From positions 281,816-345,815 of the forward strand of contig CAWDEF010000001.1 in NCBI GenBank assembly GCA_963801275.1: a stretch of 64,000 bases of DNA, written 5' to 3'. Source of the stretch: an uncultured Acidobacteriota bacterium (GTDB taxonomy: Bacteria > Acidobacteriota > Thermoanaerobaculia > UBA5066 > Gp7-AA6). The notes beneath the pieces were generated by a model. It did no database searches, was not told where the DNA came from, and saw only the letters and a list, made by a program, of their open reading frames with translations. The translations under genes were made by a program, and so were the position numbers. Below are positions 19,900 to 30,072 of the stretch, in pieces (position 1 is the stretch's first letter; every line of letters begins with the position of its first letter).

Positions 19900-20106
19900 A
19901 TGAACGAGTGCCCGTACTGCTACACGCGTGTCGGACCCACCGATACGACGTGCCCGAAATGCGGCCGCAAGATCGACCAATGGCAGACCGGTTTCTATTC
20001 CCGCCAGCCGCTTCCCAACCGCACCCGCACCACCGTATGGGTCGTGGCGGCGATCGCACTCATCCTGATGCTGGGCGGCTTCGCCCGATCCTGCCACTGG
20101 CTCTAG
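19900..20106 (+). CDS. small zinc-ribbon protein with C-terminal TM helix (hypothetical)
   Basis: CPYC ... CPKC four-Cys ribbon; TM VWVVAAIALILMLGGFA. GC-rich third positions. Divergent from uvrC in an otherwise gene-free 300-bp gap. Confidence 0.5.
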   Translation: MNECPYCYTRVGPTDTTCPKCGRKIDQWQTGFYSRQPLPNRTRTTVWVVAAIALILMLGGFARSCHWL

Positions 20107-20116
20107 CGCAACGCCG

Positions 20117-22201
20117 CTAGCGGAAGATCTGAAGCTCCCGCAGGGAGCGCAGCTCGTCGCGCAGCGCCGCGGCCCGCTCGAAGTCGAGGTCCTTGGCGGC
20201 CGCCTTCATCTCTCTTTCGAGTTCGGCGATCCTGCGGCGCAACGCCCCCGGGTCCGGCAGGGGCTCGCCCCGGGTCGAGGCCACGGCGTCATGATAATCG
20301 AGGTTCGAGAGGCGCACGAGCGGGGAGTTGATCTGCTTCACGATCGAGGCCGGCTCGATTCCATGCTCCCGGTTGTACGTCTCCTGGATCGCTCGACGCC
20401 GAGACGTCTCCTCGATCGCCCGCCGCATCGAGTCCGTGACGGCGTCTGCATAGAAGAGGACGCGTCCCCGAAGGTTTCGCGCGGCCCGTCCGGCGGTTTG
20501 AATGAGGGAGGTCTCGCTGCGCAAGAAGCCCTCCTTGTCGGCGTCCAGGATCGCGACGACGGCGACTTCCGGCAGGTCCAGACCCTCCCGCAGCAGGTTG
20601 ATCCCGATCAGGCAGTCGAAGACCCCTCTGCGAAAATCGGCCAGGATGCCGACCCGCTCGAGCGTTTCGATGTCCGAGTGCAGGTAGCGGCAGCGTACGC
20701 CCACTTCCGAGAAGTAACCCGTGAGCTCCTCGGCCATGCGTTTGGTCAGCGTCGTCACGAGCACGCGCTCGTTGGCCGCGGCGGCGGTGCGGACTTCGGC
20801 CAGCAGGTCGTCCACCTGACCCTTCACGGGGCGCACCGTCACCGTCGGATCGAGCAGTCCGGTCGGCCGGATCACCTGCTCGACGATCTCTCCCCCGGCC
20901 CGGGCCAGCTCCTCGCGCCCCGGCGTGGCGCTGACTGCGATCGTCTGGCCGCGTCGCGACTCGAATTCCTCATAGGTCAGGGGACGGTTGTCGAGTGCGG
21001 AGGGGAGCCGGAACCCGTACTCGACGAGAACCTGCTTGCGGGAGCGGTCGCCGTGATACATCCCGCGCACCTGGGGAAGCGTCACGTGCGACTCGTCCAC
21101 GACGAGCAGAAAGTCGGCGGGAAAATAGTCGAGCAGCGTGGGAGGCGGCTCCCCCGGCCGGCGGCCCGAGAGGTGCCGCGAGTAGTTCTCGATCCCGTTG
21201 CAATACCCGAGTTCCTTGATCATCTCGAGATCGAACATCGTCCGCTGGTGGAGGCGCTGAGCCTCCAGAAGCCTCCCCGCGGCATTCAACTCCGCGAGGC
21301 GCTCCTCGAGCTCGCGCTTGATGGTCTCCACGGCCCGATCCAACGTCTCCCGGGGAGTCGCGTAGAAAGTCCGGGGGTACAGGGCGAGGCGCTCGACGCG
21401 GGCCAGGGGCGCGCCCCGCAGCGGGTCGATGCGCGTGATCTTCTCGATCTCGTCGCCGAAGAATTCCACGCGCACGGCGACGTCCTCATAGGCGGGATGG
21501 ACCTCCAGCACGTCCCCCCGCACGCGAAACTTTCCGCGCTCGAGGTCGAGGCTCGTGCGCTCGTACTGCATCTGCACGAGCTGCGCGAGCAGCTGGTGCA
21601 TCCCCGAGCGGTCTCCGACTTCCAGGTACGCGAGCATGTCGTAGTAGGCGTCGGGCGCTCCGAGTCCATAGATACAGGACACGGAGGCCACGACCAGCAC
21701 GTCGCGCCGCTCGAAGAGGGCCTTGGAGGCCGAGAGCCGCAACTTGTCGATCTCCTCGTTGCGGGAGGTCTCTTTCTCGATATAGGTGTCCGACTGCGGG
21801 ATGTACGCCTCGGGCTGGTAGTAGTCGTAGTAAGACACGAAGTACTCCACCGCGTTGTCCGGGAAGAAAGCGCGAAACTCCTGGAAGAGCTGCGCGGCGA
21901 GAGTCTTGTTGTGGGACAGAACCAGGGTCGGGCGATTGAGGGCCTCGACGACCTTGGCGATGGTGAAAGTCTTGCCCGATCCTGTCACCCCGAGCAGGAC
22001 CTGGTCGCGGCGTCCCTCCCGTGCCCCCTCGGCCAGGCGCTCGATCGCCTGCGCCTGGTCGCCCTGAGGTGCAAAGTCCGAGACGACCCGAAAGGCGCCG
22101 CCGGCTCGCGCCTGGGCATCCAGGTACGAGGCCGGCCGGGAGAGCGGCCGGGAAGCGGAGTGGGCCGCTGTGGCTCGACGGGAACCGGGACGAGGACTCA
22201 C
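20117..22201 (-). CDS. uvrB: excinuclease ABC subunit B
   Basis: [20 protein letters not shown] (Walker A), beta-hairpin region, helicase motifs and a C-terminal UVR domain ([15 protein letters not shown]). Inferred GTG start at 22201 overlaps the upstream gene's stop (GTGA). The exact start is uncertain: the N-terminus is ~30 aa longer than usual. Confidence 0.85.
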   Translation of the reverse strand: MSPRPGSRRATAAHSASRPLSRPASYLDAQARAGGAFRVVSDFAPQGDQAQAIERLAEGAREGRRDQVLLGVTGSGKTFTIAKVVEALNRPTLVLSHNKTLAAQLFQEFRAFFPDNAVEYFVSYYDYYQPEAYIPQSDTYIEKETSRNEEIDKLRLSASKALFERRDVLVVASVSCIYGLGAPDAYYDMLAYLEVGDRSGMHQLLAQLVQMQYERTSLDLERGKFRVRGDVLEVHPAYEDVAVRVEFFGDEIEKITRIDPLRGAPLARVERLALYPRTFYATPRETLDRAVETIKRELEERLAELNAAGRLLEAQRLHQRTMFDLEMIKELGYCNGIENYSRHLSGRRPGEPPPTLLDYFPADFLLVVDESHVTLPQVRGMYHGDRSRKQVLVEYGFRLPSALDNRPLTYEEFESRRGQTIAVSATPGREELARAGGEIVEQVIRPTGLLDPTVTVRPVKGQVDDLLAEVRTAAAANERVLVTTLTKRMAEELTGYFSEVGVRCRYLHSDIETLERVGILADFRRGVFDCLIGINLLREGLDLPEVAVVAILDADKEGFLRSETSLIQTAGRAARNLRGRVLFYADAVTDSMRRAIEETSRRRAIQETYNREHGIEPASIVKQINSPLVRLSNLDYHDAVASTRGEPLPDPGALRRRIAELEREMKAAAKDLDFERAAALRDELRSLRELQIFR

Positions 22202-22665
22202 GGCGTCGGCGAGAGCCCCGGTGCCGGGGCGGCCACCCCGTTGCCCGAAGGCCGCGGCGCCGACGCCTTTCGGAAGACCCGGGTTAGCTCCCGAACCTGG
22301 TCCGGCCCGATCGGGCCGCTCATTCCGGACGAGATCACGGAACGAAGCCGGTCGAGCGGTTCCTGGCCGACTCGGTGCTCCCGAAGCGCCACGCGGAAGT
22401 CCGCGTACGAAGAGCGCAGGTCCGCTTTCTCCTGCTCCGTGACCTCGCGGGAGAGGTTTCTCTCGATCTGACCCATCAGCAGATCCGTCAGAGCTTCGGG
22501 CTTGCGCCGTACATAGAGAGTGAATGCGGCGAACAGGACGAGGACCAGGATCGCGGCCGAGCCGCAGCCGATCAGCACACCCCGGGCGCACCCTCCCGGC
22601 CGTCGGTCGGGCTCGATGGGGACGGAGGAAAACGAGGCGCCCGCGGAGGGCGGCGGACTGCTCAC
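22198..22665 (-). CDS. single-pass membrane protein (hypothetical), translationally coupled to uvrB
   Basis: GTG start; TM ([23 protein letters not shown]); coding-like GC3; stop overlaps the uvrB start. Confidence 0.5.
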   Translation of the reverse strand: MSSPPPSAGASFSSVPIEPDRRPGGCARGVLIGCGSAAILVLVLFAAFTLYVRRKPEALTDLLMGQIERNLSREVTEQEKADLRSSYADFRVALREHRVGQEPLDRLRSVISSGMSGPIGPDQVRELTRVFRKASAPRPSGNGVAAPAPGLSPTP

Positions 22666-22696
22666 GGAAGTGTCGCTTATAGCATAGGACGAGCGG

Positions 22697-25072
22697 ATGC
22701 CTCAAAATGAGGCGATGCCGCGTCGCGCCATGCTGTTGGCCGTTCCTCTGTTGGCATCGGCCGCGCTCGGGCTGCTGGCCGGATCCGCCGCGAGCGACTT
22801 CGTCCGTGTGCCCCGCGTCTCGGAACTGGACACCTATCGGCCCGACATCATCACCGAGATCCGGGCAGACGACGGAGCCACGATCGCCCGTTACGCGGTG
22901 GAGCGAAGGATCCTCGTGCGGGACGCCGACATTCCTCCGATTCTCAAGAAGGCGATCATCGCCACGGAGGACAAGAATTTCTATCACCATGGCGGCGTGG
23001 ATCTCCGGCGCACACTTGCCGCCGTGGTCGCCAACGTCCGCCAGCAAACCTACTCCCAGGGAGCCTCGACGCTGACGCAGCAGCTCGCGCGCGCGATTTT
23101 TCTGTCACCCCGCAAGACGATGTCGCGCAAGATCAACGAGGCGCTCGTGGCCTTCGAGATCGAGCGGCGCTACTCGAAGGACCAGATTTTCACGATGTAC
23201 GCCAACAAGATCCCCCTCGGGCACGGCAACTACGGCGTCCAGGCCGCTTCCCGGTACTACTTCGGCAAGGACGTCAAGGAGCTCCAGCTGGCGGAGGCGG
23301 CGCTGCTCGCTGGGATCATCCAGAGGCCTGCGGACGAATCGCCCTTCCGAAACCCGGAGCTCGCCCGGCGCCGACGCAGCACCGCCTTGCGGCGAATGTG
23401 GGAGGCCGGGTACATCACGGAGGCCGATCGGAAGGCGGCCGACCGCGAGCCGCTTCCGACGGAGCCCTCGCTCAAGGAAACGGTCGTCGCACCTTACTTC
23501 TGTGAGGAGATCCGTCAGTACCTGGAGAAAACCTACGGGGCGCGGGACCTCTACCGCCGCGGCCTGAAGGTCGATTCCACGCTCGATCCGGAGCTCCAGG
23601 CTCTGTCCGAAGAGGCGCTCGGCTGGGGACTGCGCCGGCTCGCCCGCCGCCGGGGCTATTCACGGCCGCGCAATCTTCTCGCGGAGGGCTACCCGGATCC
23701 TTCGACCTACGTCGATCCGGACTGGGAAGGAGCGTCCCTGGCGGAGGGCGACACGCTGCGCGGCGTCGTCGCCGAGGTCGGCAAGGGCGGGGCGCAGGTC
23801 CGCATCGGAGAACGCATCCTTCCCCTCAAGGCGTCCGGTTTCGCCTGGACAGGGGCTTCCACCGCGAGCAAGATCCTGCGCCGCGGCGATCTCGTGACGG
23901 TGACCCTCCAAAAGGGCAAAGACGGAAGTGCGCTCACGCTCGAGCAGGAACCTCGGGAGCAGGGCGCGGTGGTCGTGCTCGAGAACTCGAGCGGCGCGAT
24001 CCGGGCCATGGTCGGGGGCTACGACTGGACGCGTAGCAAGTTCAACCGGGCCACGCAGGCTCTCCGGCAAGCCGGCTCGACATTCAAGCCGTTCGTCTAC
24101 CTCGCCGCCTTGGACGCCGGGTACACGCCCTCCGACACGCTTTTCGATGGGCCGGTCTCCATCGTCTACGATCCGCGCCGACCTCCCTACCGGCCGTCCA
24201 ACTACGACAAGACGTACCGGGGGATCGTCACCCTGCGGCGCGCCCTCGAGCACTCGATCAACGCCCCGACCGTCCGGCTCGCGGAGCTCGTCGGTCTGGA
24301 CAACGTCATTGCCGTGGCCCGCCGCCTGGGGATCCACGAGCGGCTCGAACCGTATCCTTCCCTGGCGCTTGGAAGCTTCGAGGTCACACTGCTCGAGATG
24401 GCCGCTGCCTACTCCGTATTCGCGAATCAGGGCCTCGCCTTCACCCCCTACGCGATCGCACGCATTACGGACGCCAACGGAGACATTCTCGAGCAGACCC
24501 ATCCCGACGCGAGAGAAGTGGAGACGCCGCAAGCGTCCTTCCAGCTTCTGCAGATGCTCCGCGGTGTCACGCAGCGGGGCACCGGCATCGCCGCCGACGC
24601 CCTTCAGCTCCACGTCGCCGGCAAGACGGGCACGACGAGCGACTACACCGACGCCTGGTTCATCGGGATGGCGCCGCGGTACACCGTCGGCGTCTGGGTG
24701 GGCAACGACCTGAAGACCGTGAGCCTCGGACAGGGCATGGAGGGGGCACGGGTCGCCTTGCCGATCTGGATGCGCATTCTGGAACAGATGAAGGCACGCG
24801 GGCGCATCGACCCGGCCGCCGATTTCGACGTGCCCCCGAACGTCGTCTTCACACCGGTCGACTACGACACCGGCCTCAAGGCGACCCCCGGGGACCCGCA
24901 TCCGATTCTCGAGACATTCCTGAGCGGTTCTCAGCCGACCGAGGAGTGGAGCGCCCGCTGGGGTGAGATTACGCGCCTGCCCTGGTCGTTGCAGGAGTCT
25001 TTCTACGTGCCGAAAAAGGGCGAGATCGGTGACTCGGACGGCACCACTGGCCCGACCCCCTCCCGGAACTGA
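22697..25072 (+). CDS. class A penicillin-binding protein (PBP1A-type; glycosyltransferase GT51 plus transpeptidase)
   Basis: GT51 motifs ([24 protein letters not shown]), SxxK (STFKPF), SxN, KTGTT. Confidence 0.9.
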   Translation: MPQNEAMPRRAMLLAVPLLASAALGLLAGSAASDFVRVPRVSELDTYRPDIITEIRADDGATIARYAVERRILVRDADIPPILKKAIIATEDKNFYHHGGVDLRRTLAAVVANVRQQTYSQGASTLTQQLARAIFLSPRKTMSRKINEALVAFEIERRYSKDQIFTMYANKIPLGHGNYGVQAASRYYFGKDVKELQLAEAALLAGIIQRPADESPFRNPELARRRRSTALRRMWEAGYITEADRKAADREPLPTEPSLKETVVAPYFCEEIRQYLEKTYGARDLYRRGLKVDSTLDPELQALSEEALGWGLRRLARRRGYSRPRNLLAEGYPDPSTYVDPDWEGASLAEGDTLRGVVAEVGKGGAQVRIGERILPLKASGFAWTGASTASKILRRGDLVTVTLQKGKDGSALTLEQEPREQGAVVVLENSSGAIRAMVGGYDWTRSKFNRATQALRQAGSTFKPFVYLAALDAGYTPSDTLFDGPVSIVYDPRRPPYRPSNYDKTYRGIVTLRRALEHSINAPTVRLAELVGLDNVIAVARRLGIHERLEPYPSLALGSFEVTLLEMAAAYSVFANQGLAFTPYAIARITDANGDILEQTHPDAREVETPQASFQLLQMLRGVTQRGTGIAADALQLHVAGKTGTTSDYTDAWFIGMAPRYTVGVWVGNDLKTVSLGQGMEGARVALPIWMRILEQMKARGRIDPAADFDVPPNVVFTPVDYDTGLKATPGDPHPILETFLSGSQPTEEWSARWGEITRLPWSLQESFYVPKKGEIGDSDGTTGPTPSRN

Positions 25073-25077
25073 ACCGA

Positions 25078-26358
25078 TTGCTGCGCGCGCTTCGTTCCGG
25101 CGCTGCCGCCGACTGGTGGGTCCCGGGCGGTGCTCTCTTTCTCGCTCGCGCGAGCGACGCGTTACTACGCTTCGGCTTGTTCTTTGCGACCGCCAAGCTG
25201 CTGGAGCCGGCTTCGTTCTCGCTCTATGCTCTCATCACGGCGGCCCTTGCCACCTGCCAGTGGCTGCTCGCGCTCGGCGCGCCGCGACTGGCCCTCTACT
25301 TCCACGCGCGGGGAGAGCGTGGCGCGCTCTATGCCTGGCTCTACATCCTGGCCGCCTCCGGGAGCGGCCTCGTCCTGCTGTCGCTCGCCATGCTGCCCCC
25401 TTTGAGGGCGGTCTTCTTCCGGGGAATCCCCGATGGGCTCGTCCTGCTCGGCCTCTCGCCCCTTCCCTTCCTCCTCCTTTCTGACTCGTTGGGATCCGCT
25501 CTGGTCGCGGCCCGGCGCAACCGCACCTACGGAGCGACTCTCTGGATCCGCAACCTCGCGTCCGCCGCCGTCCTGGCGACGGCTCTGCGGGCTTCGGACC
25601 GGCTCGCCTGGGTCCTCTGGGGGAGGCTGCTCGTCGTCGCTTTCGTCGCGGCCATTCTCGTCGTCGCGGCACGCGCGGTCCCCGACTGGCGCGCCGTCGC
25701 GGACTTCGCTCCGGCGGCCATCCGCTACGGGGGCCCGACCGCTCTCTCCTCGGGCGCGGTGGCGCTTCACCGCCGCGCCGATGTCCTTCTGCTTTCCGCG
25801 TTTGGACGGACCGCCGAGATCGGAGCGTATTCCCTGGCCCAGGCGATGGCGGAAACCTTCTGGCTCATCACCGACTCGCTCGAATACGCGCTCTTCGTGG
25901 ATGTGACGCGGCAGGAGCGAGGCCGGGCCCGTGTGGAAGCCCGTCGTGCCTTCCGGATCTACGTCTGGCTGGGCCTGGCGGGGCTCGCAGCCGGCATCTT
26001 CGGGGGCGAAATCTTCATCCACATCTTCTTCCGGCGGTACCCTCAGGCCGGCCCGATTCTGCCTTGGCTCGTGGCCGCGACGGTTGCCTGGGGGATCGCG
26101 CGGCCGTTCTATTCGTTTCTCGCTTCGCATGGCCTGATTCGGACGGCGCTGCTCTGCAACGCAATCGGCCTGGCGGCCAACATCCTCTTCTGCGCGCTCT
26201 GGATCCCGCAGCAGGGTGCGGTCGGCGCGGCGCGTGCCTGCCTCGTCAGCTACGCGAGCCAGTCGCTGATGTTCGCCCTCATGTTTCGAAGAACGCGGTC
26301 GATGGAGACGATGCTCGAGGCTTCCGGGGGACGGGGAGCCTCTCCGCCTACCGAGTGA
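25078..26358 (+). CDS. MOP-superfamily polysaccharide/oligosaccharide flippase (Wzx/MurJ-like)
   Basis: 426 aa; about 12 predicted TM helices; conserved polysaccharide_synt-type N-terminus. Confidence 0.65.
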   Translation: MLRALRSGAAADWWVPGGALFLARASDALLRFGLFFATAKLLEPASFSLYALITAALATCQWLLALGAPRLALYFHARGERGALYAWLYILAASGSGLVLLSLAMLPPLRAVFFRGIPDGLVLLGLSPLPFLLLSDSLGSALVAARRNRTYGATLWIRNLASAAVLATALRASDRLAWVLWGRLLVVAFVAAILVVAARAVPDWRAVADFAPAAIRYGGPTALSSGAVALHRRADVLLLSAFGRTAEIGAYSLAQAMAETFWLITDSLEYALFVDVTRQERGRARVEARRAFRIYVWLGLAGLAAGIFGGEIFIHIFFRRYPQAGPILPWLVAATVAWGIARPFYSFLASHGLIRTALLCNAIGLAANILFCALWIPQQGAVGAARACLVSYASQSLMFALMFRRTRSMETMLEASGGRGASPPTE

Positions 26359-26433
26359 GGCCGGAGACGGCTGCAGGATTCCGCGCGAGCGTCGACCCGG
26401 GTTGAGAGACCGGGGCCTATCCCCCGGCTCTCG

Positions 26434-26892
26434 TTACTGCGTCGCGGCGGCGATCGGCTGGACGTCGATCGTCAGTTCGAAGACGACGTCGCGATGGAGG
26501 CGCACATGGACGGTGTGCTGCCCGAGACGCTTGATCGGCTCGGCGAGCTCGATGCGGCGGCGGTCCACCTCGATGCCCCGCTCGGCAAGCGCGTCGGCGA
26601 TCTCGGAGGGCGTCACCGAGCCGTAGAGCACGTCCTCCTCCCCGGCCTTCTTGTGGAGCACGATCGACAATCCCTCGACCTTGCGGGACACCTGCTCGGC
26701 CACATCCCGCTCACGCATCGTCTTCTCGTCGTATTTCTTCTTCTCTTCGGCCAGGCGCCGCACGTTCGTCTCGCTCGCCTCGTATGCGAAGCCCTGCGGA
26801 AACAGGTAGTTCCTCGCGAAGCCGTCTTTGACCGTCACGGTTTCCCCGCGGTTTCCGAGACCCCGCACGTCGTCCGCCAAGATCACTTTCAT
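26434..26892 (-). CDS. rplI: 50S ribosomal protein L9
   Basis: MKVILADDVRGLGNRGETVTVKDGFARNYLFPQGFA, a canonical L9 N-domain. Confidence 0.9.
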   Translation of the reverse strand: MKVILADDVRGLGNRGETVTVKDGFARNYLFPQGFAYEASETNVRRLAEEKKKYDEKTMRERDVAEQVSRKVEGLSIVLHKKAGEEDVLYGSVTPSEIADALAERGIEVDRRRIELAEPIKRLGQHTVHVRLHRDVVFELTIDVQPIAAATQ

Positions 26893-27887
26893 GCCTTCAT
26901 CGCTTTCTCGCCACGCTGGCGGAAGTTTCCATACCAGTCAAAAAGACCCAGGAGTGCGACCGCCACGTTCATCGGGAAGTAGGCCACGAGGACGTAGAGG
27001 CCGAATCGCAGGATCCGCGCCCGGAACCACCGCCGAGCGAAGTGGCAGATGATAGAGAGGCCCGCCACGAAATACAAGGCCGCCAGAGCAAGAAGAGTGT
27101 CGCCGGCCGCCGCGCGCCAGGACCCCCGAAGCAGGGCAAACGCCGCCCCCGCGCCGACAAAAAGGGCCGCCGCGCCCGGCGGGACGCGCAGACCTTCGAA
27201 GCGGACCGCCTCGGCCGAGGGAGCCGGCCGCCCCGCTCGGGCACCTGCGTAGAAGGACACGGCGGCGCCCAGGAACCAGGTGGCTCCGATCAAGCCGGCC
27301 CAGTACCGGATGGTGAAGTCCCGGGCGGCCGAGAGCGTCGACCGCACGGTTTCCACCGTCGCGGAGTCGGCGTTGCCGCGCCGGTACGATTCGAGAGCGG
27401 CCGGAATGACGGCGTCGAAAGTCGCCCGCAACTCCGTTTCGATGGGCGGCTGCCCCGCCGCCGGCAGCCCCAAGAGCATTCCGACGAGCAAGAGCGCCCC
27501 GAGCGCTCCAAGGGCGAGAAAGGCCCGGGAGGGATCCGCGCCGCGCCGGACCCGGCCGGCGAAGAGCGCGGGAAGGCCGGCGACGAGGATGGCGGTTGCG
27601 CCGATCGTGAGGGCCTCGCGCCACCCGGTCGAAGTGAGCGCGACGCCGAAAAGAATCCCGGCGGCAAGCAGCGTGGCTGTCAGCCCCGAAAGGCCTCCCC
27701 CGCGGTGAGTGATCCGAACCAGAGGCACTGCGGAGAGAGGGAACCCGAGGGTGCCGAAGAGCGGCAGCACAAACAGCGCGGCGAAGAAGAGCGCCGACAG
27801 GCACGCCGCCGCCGGGATCTCCCAGCGGTCGAGCCGGGGCGCGTTTTCCGGAGGCGCCGTCTCCGCAATGTCCGGGTCGGGCGGCAT
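26889..27887 (-). CDS. DUF2232 (YybS-like) membrane protein
   Basis: ATG at 27887 inside the longer ORF. Polytopic membrane protein. Its position between rpsR and rplI matches B. subtilis yybS. Confidence 0.65.
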   Translation of the reverse strand: MPPDPDIAETAPPENAPRLDRWEIPAAACLSALFFAALFVLPLFGTLGFPLSAVPLVRITHRGGGLSGLTATLLAAGILFGVALTSTGWREALTIGATAILVAGLPALFAGRVRRGADPSRAFLALGALGALLLVGMLLGLPAAGQPPIETELRATFDAVIPAALESYRRGNADSATVETVRSTLSAARDFTIRYWAGLIGATWFLGAAVSFYAGARAGRPAPSAEAVRFEGLRVPPGAAALFVGAGAAFALLRGSWRAAAGDTLLALAALYFVAGLSIICHFARRWFRARILRFGLYVLVAYFPMNVAVALLGLFDWYGNFRQRGEKAMKA

Positions 27888-27981
27888 GAAACGGATCCCG
27901 ATGATCGCTCGCCGAGAGCAACGGCACGAAGGACGTCGCCAGGGAACGCCCGGTCGGCCGCCGATTCTCGATGCGCGGCCT

Positions 27982-28272
27982 CTAGTCCGTCGCGTACGGC
28001 AGAAGAGCGATCGATCGCGCGCGCTTGATCGCCGTCTGCAGTTTGCGCTGGTGGAGGGCGCAAGTGCCCGAGATGCGACGAGGGAGAATCTTGCCGCGCT
28101 CCGGAATGAAAGACTGCAGGAGCTTGATGTCCTTCCAGTCCACGTATTCGAGCTTCTCCGCGCAGAACTTGCAGACCTTGCGGCGGCGCACGAAGAACTT
28201 CTTGCGCGTGGCGGGCTTTCCGTCCCGCGATCCGGACGCGCCCCGCCCCCCACGGGAAGGCATGGCCGTCAT
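27982..28272 (-). CDS. rpsR: 30S ribosomal protein S18
   Basis: [50 protein letters not shown]. Confidence 0.9.
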   Translation of the reverse strand: MTAMPSRGGRGASGSRDGKPATRKKFFVRRRKVCKFCAEKLEYVDWKDIKLLQSFIPERGKILPRRISGTCALHQRKLQTAIKRARSIALLPYATD

Positions 28273-28685
28273 GCGTCACCCCTTTCGGCGGGCGGTTGCG
28301 CGGCCGTCTCGGCAGCCGGAGGCGCGGCGGGCGGGCGCGGCGGCCTCTTGATGGCCTTGATCCTCAGGCGCTCGGCCATCTTCGCCGACCTCTTGAGCTC
28401 CTCGTCCGCGCGCACCGCCAGGTGTCGGAGCACCTGGTCCGAGAGCTTCAGCCGGCGCTCGACCTCGGTGACCAGAGCCGGCAGCGCACGGACCTGAAAA
28501 TGATGGTAGTAGGCCTCGCGCTTTCGCAGGATCGGGAAAGCGAGGCGGCGGCGACCCCACGGCTCGTCGCGCGTGAACTCCGCTCCTCCGTCGGTCAGCA
28601 GTTTCCGGTAGTCGGCGGTGACCTTGGCCGCCTCCTCCTCGGAGATTTCCGGCGTCACCAGGACCACGATGTCGTAAAGCCTCAT
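28269..28685 (-). CDS. rpsF: 30S ribosomal protein S6
   Basis: [18 protein letters not shown] ... start at 28685 with a GGAGGA RBS. The longer ORF to 28727 adds 14 non-conserved residues. Confidence 0.85.
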   Translation of the reverse strand: MRLYDIVVLVTPEISEEEAAKVTADYRKLLTDGGAEFTRDEPWGRRRLAFPILRKREAYYHHFQVRALPALVTEVERRLKLSDQVLRHLAVRADEELKRSAKMAERLRIKAIKRPPRPPAAPPAAETAAQPPAERGDA

Positions 28686-28704
28686 GGATTCCTCCTCATG
28701 GATG

Positions 28705-29307
28705 TCAATCCGAGTGGGAGGCTCCACCCGGAGAGGAAGGTTGTACGTTCGCGCTTCTCATTGCGGCCTCGATCCCCTCGGAAACCCAGATACGGAGCGC
28801 TTCGACCGCCCGGCCGACCGCCTCCTCGAAGTCCGCCCTCTCCGCGACGGCAAAGGGTTCGAGGACGTAGTCGCCCAGATCCCGCTCCCGGGTGTATCGC
28901 TCTCCGCGCACTCCCACCCGCAGGCGGGGAAAGTCGACCGTACCCAGGTGGCGGATGATCGAAAGCATGCCCTTCTGGCCCGCCGCCGAGCCCTGCGGGC
29001 GCATCCGCAGGGTCCCGAGCGGCAGATCGATCTCGTCGTAGACGACACAAAGATCCGAAGGTTCGATACCGCTGTTCTTGCAAAGAGCCAAAACCGCCTC
29101 CCCCGAGGCGTTCATGTAGGTCTGGGGAAGTGCCAGAAGCACCGACCTGCCCGCGACCGATCCACGTCCCACCCGCGCCCCGCTCTGGCGGGAGCGGATT
29201 CGGATGCCCTCCTTCGTGGCGAAGGCTTCGACGACCCGGAAGCCCGCGTTGTGGCGCGTGCTCTCATATCGGTCGCCCGGATTGCCCAGGCCGACGATTG
29301 CGCGCAG
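28705..29307 (-). CDS. pth: peptidyl-tRNA hydrolase; start codon uncertain (no ATG/GTG/TTG upstream of the conserved N-terminus)
   Basis: Conserved IVGLGNPGDRYESTRHNAGF ... PTTYMNASGEAV. The reading frame continues up to the rplY stop codon (TAG 29311-29313) with only CTG (29307) or ATC (29298) as possible initiators. Confidence 0.75.
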   Translation of the reverse strand: MRAIVGLGNPGDRYESTRHNAGFRVVEAFATKEGIRIRSRQSGARVGRGSVAGRSVLLALPQTYMNASGEAVLALCKNSGIEPSDLCVVYDEIDLPLGTLRMRPQGSAAGQKGMLSIIRHLGTVDFPRLRVGVRGERYTRERDLGDYVLEPFAVAERADFEEAVGRAVEALRIWVSEGIEAAMRSANVQPSSPGGASHSD

Positions 29308-29310
29308 GCG

Positions 29311-30033
29311 CTACTTCTCCTTCTTTTCCTTCTTTTCCGCCTTTTCGCCCTTCTCGGCCTTCTCCGGCTCGGCCGCCTCTTCCTCCGTCGCGACCTTGCC
29401 CTTCTTCAAAACCTCGGGTTCCGTGGGCTCGGCGGCCGCCTCGGCGGCGGCGACCGCAGGCTCCTTCTCCTGCGTCGGGTGCGCGACGTGCACCAGGACC
29501 TTCTCCGGATCATCCACGATGGTCACGCCCTCGACGGGTGGAAGGGCCGAAATGCGGAGCGCATCCCCGATGACGAGCGCGGTCACGTCGATCGGCAGAT
29601 TCGAGGGAATGTTGCCGGGCAAGCACTCGACCTCGACCTCGCGCGTGACGAAGTCGAGGATCCCGCCGTCGGTCTTGACGCCCTGTGCGATTCCCGTCAC
29701 TTCGATCGGCACCCGGACGCGGATCTTCGCGTCCATCAGGACTCTCACGAAGTCGATATGCAACGGCGCGCGCGACACCGGGTCCCGGGCGAACTCCCGG
29801 ATCATCGCGTGCCGAGACTGATCGGAGCCGGCGAGCCTCAGAAGGAAAATCGCGTTTTCGCCCGCGCCCGCACGGAAGGCGTCGGTCAGGGCCCGGCGCT
29901 CGACCTGGATGGGAACCGTGGGCTTTCCGGCGCCATAGATGACGGCCGGAATCTTCCCCTTTGCCCGCGAGCGGCGGGCCTCGTTCTTTCCGGTTTCTTC
30001 CCGGCGCTCGACGTTCAACTCGATCGTTTTCAT
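29311..30033 (-). CDS. rplY: 50S ribosomal protein L25 / general stress protein Ctc
   Basis: RREETGKNEARRSRAKGKIPAVIYGAG ... and a Lys/Glu-rich C-terminal tail. Confidence 0.85.
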   Translation of the reverse strand: MKTIELNVERREETGKNEARRSRAKGKIPAVIYGAGKPTVPIQVERRALTDAFRAGAGENAIFLLRLAGSDQSRHAMIREFARDPVSRAPLHIDFVRVLMDAKIRVRVPIEVTGIAQGVKTDGGILDFVTREVEVECLPGNIPSNLPIDVTALVIGDALRISALPPVEGVTIVDDPEKVLVHVAHPTQEKEPAVAAAEAAAEPTEPEVLKKGKVATEEEAAEPEKAEKGEKAEKKEKKEK

Positions 30034-30072
30034 GGCTTTCCCCGCGCGCCTGCGCGCACAAAGGGCGCGATT

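Noticed and set aside
26889-28253. Full-length 454-aa ORF and the alternative 329-aa frame 26938-27927
   Set aside because: Only the distal 332 aa (start 27887) have membrane-protein character. The N-terminal extension is Arg/Ser-rich shadow sequence overlapping the rpsR region.
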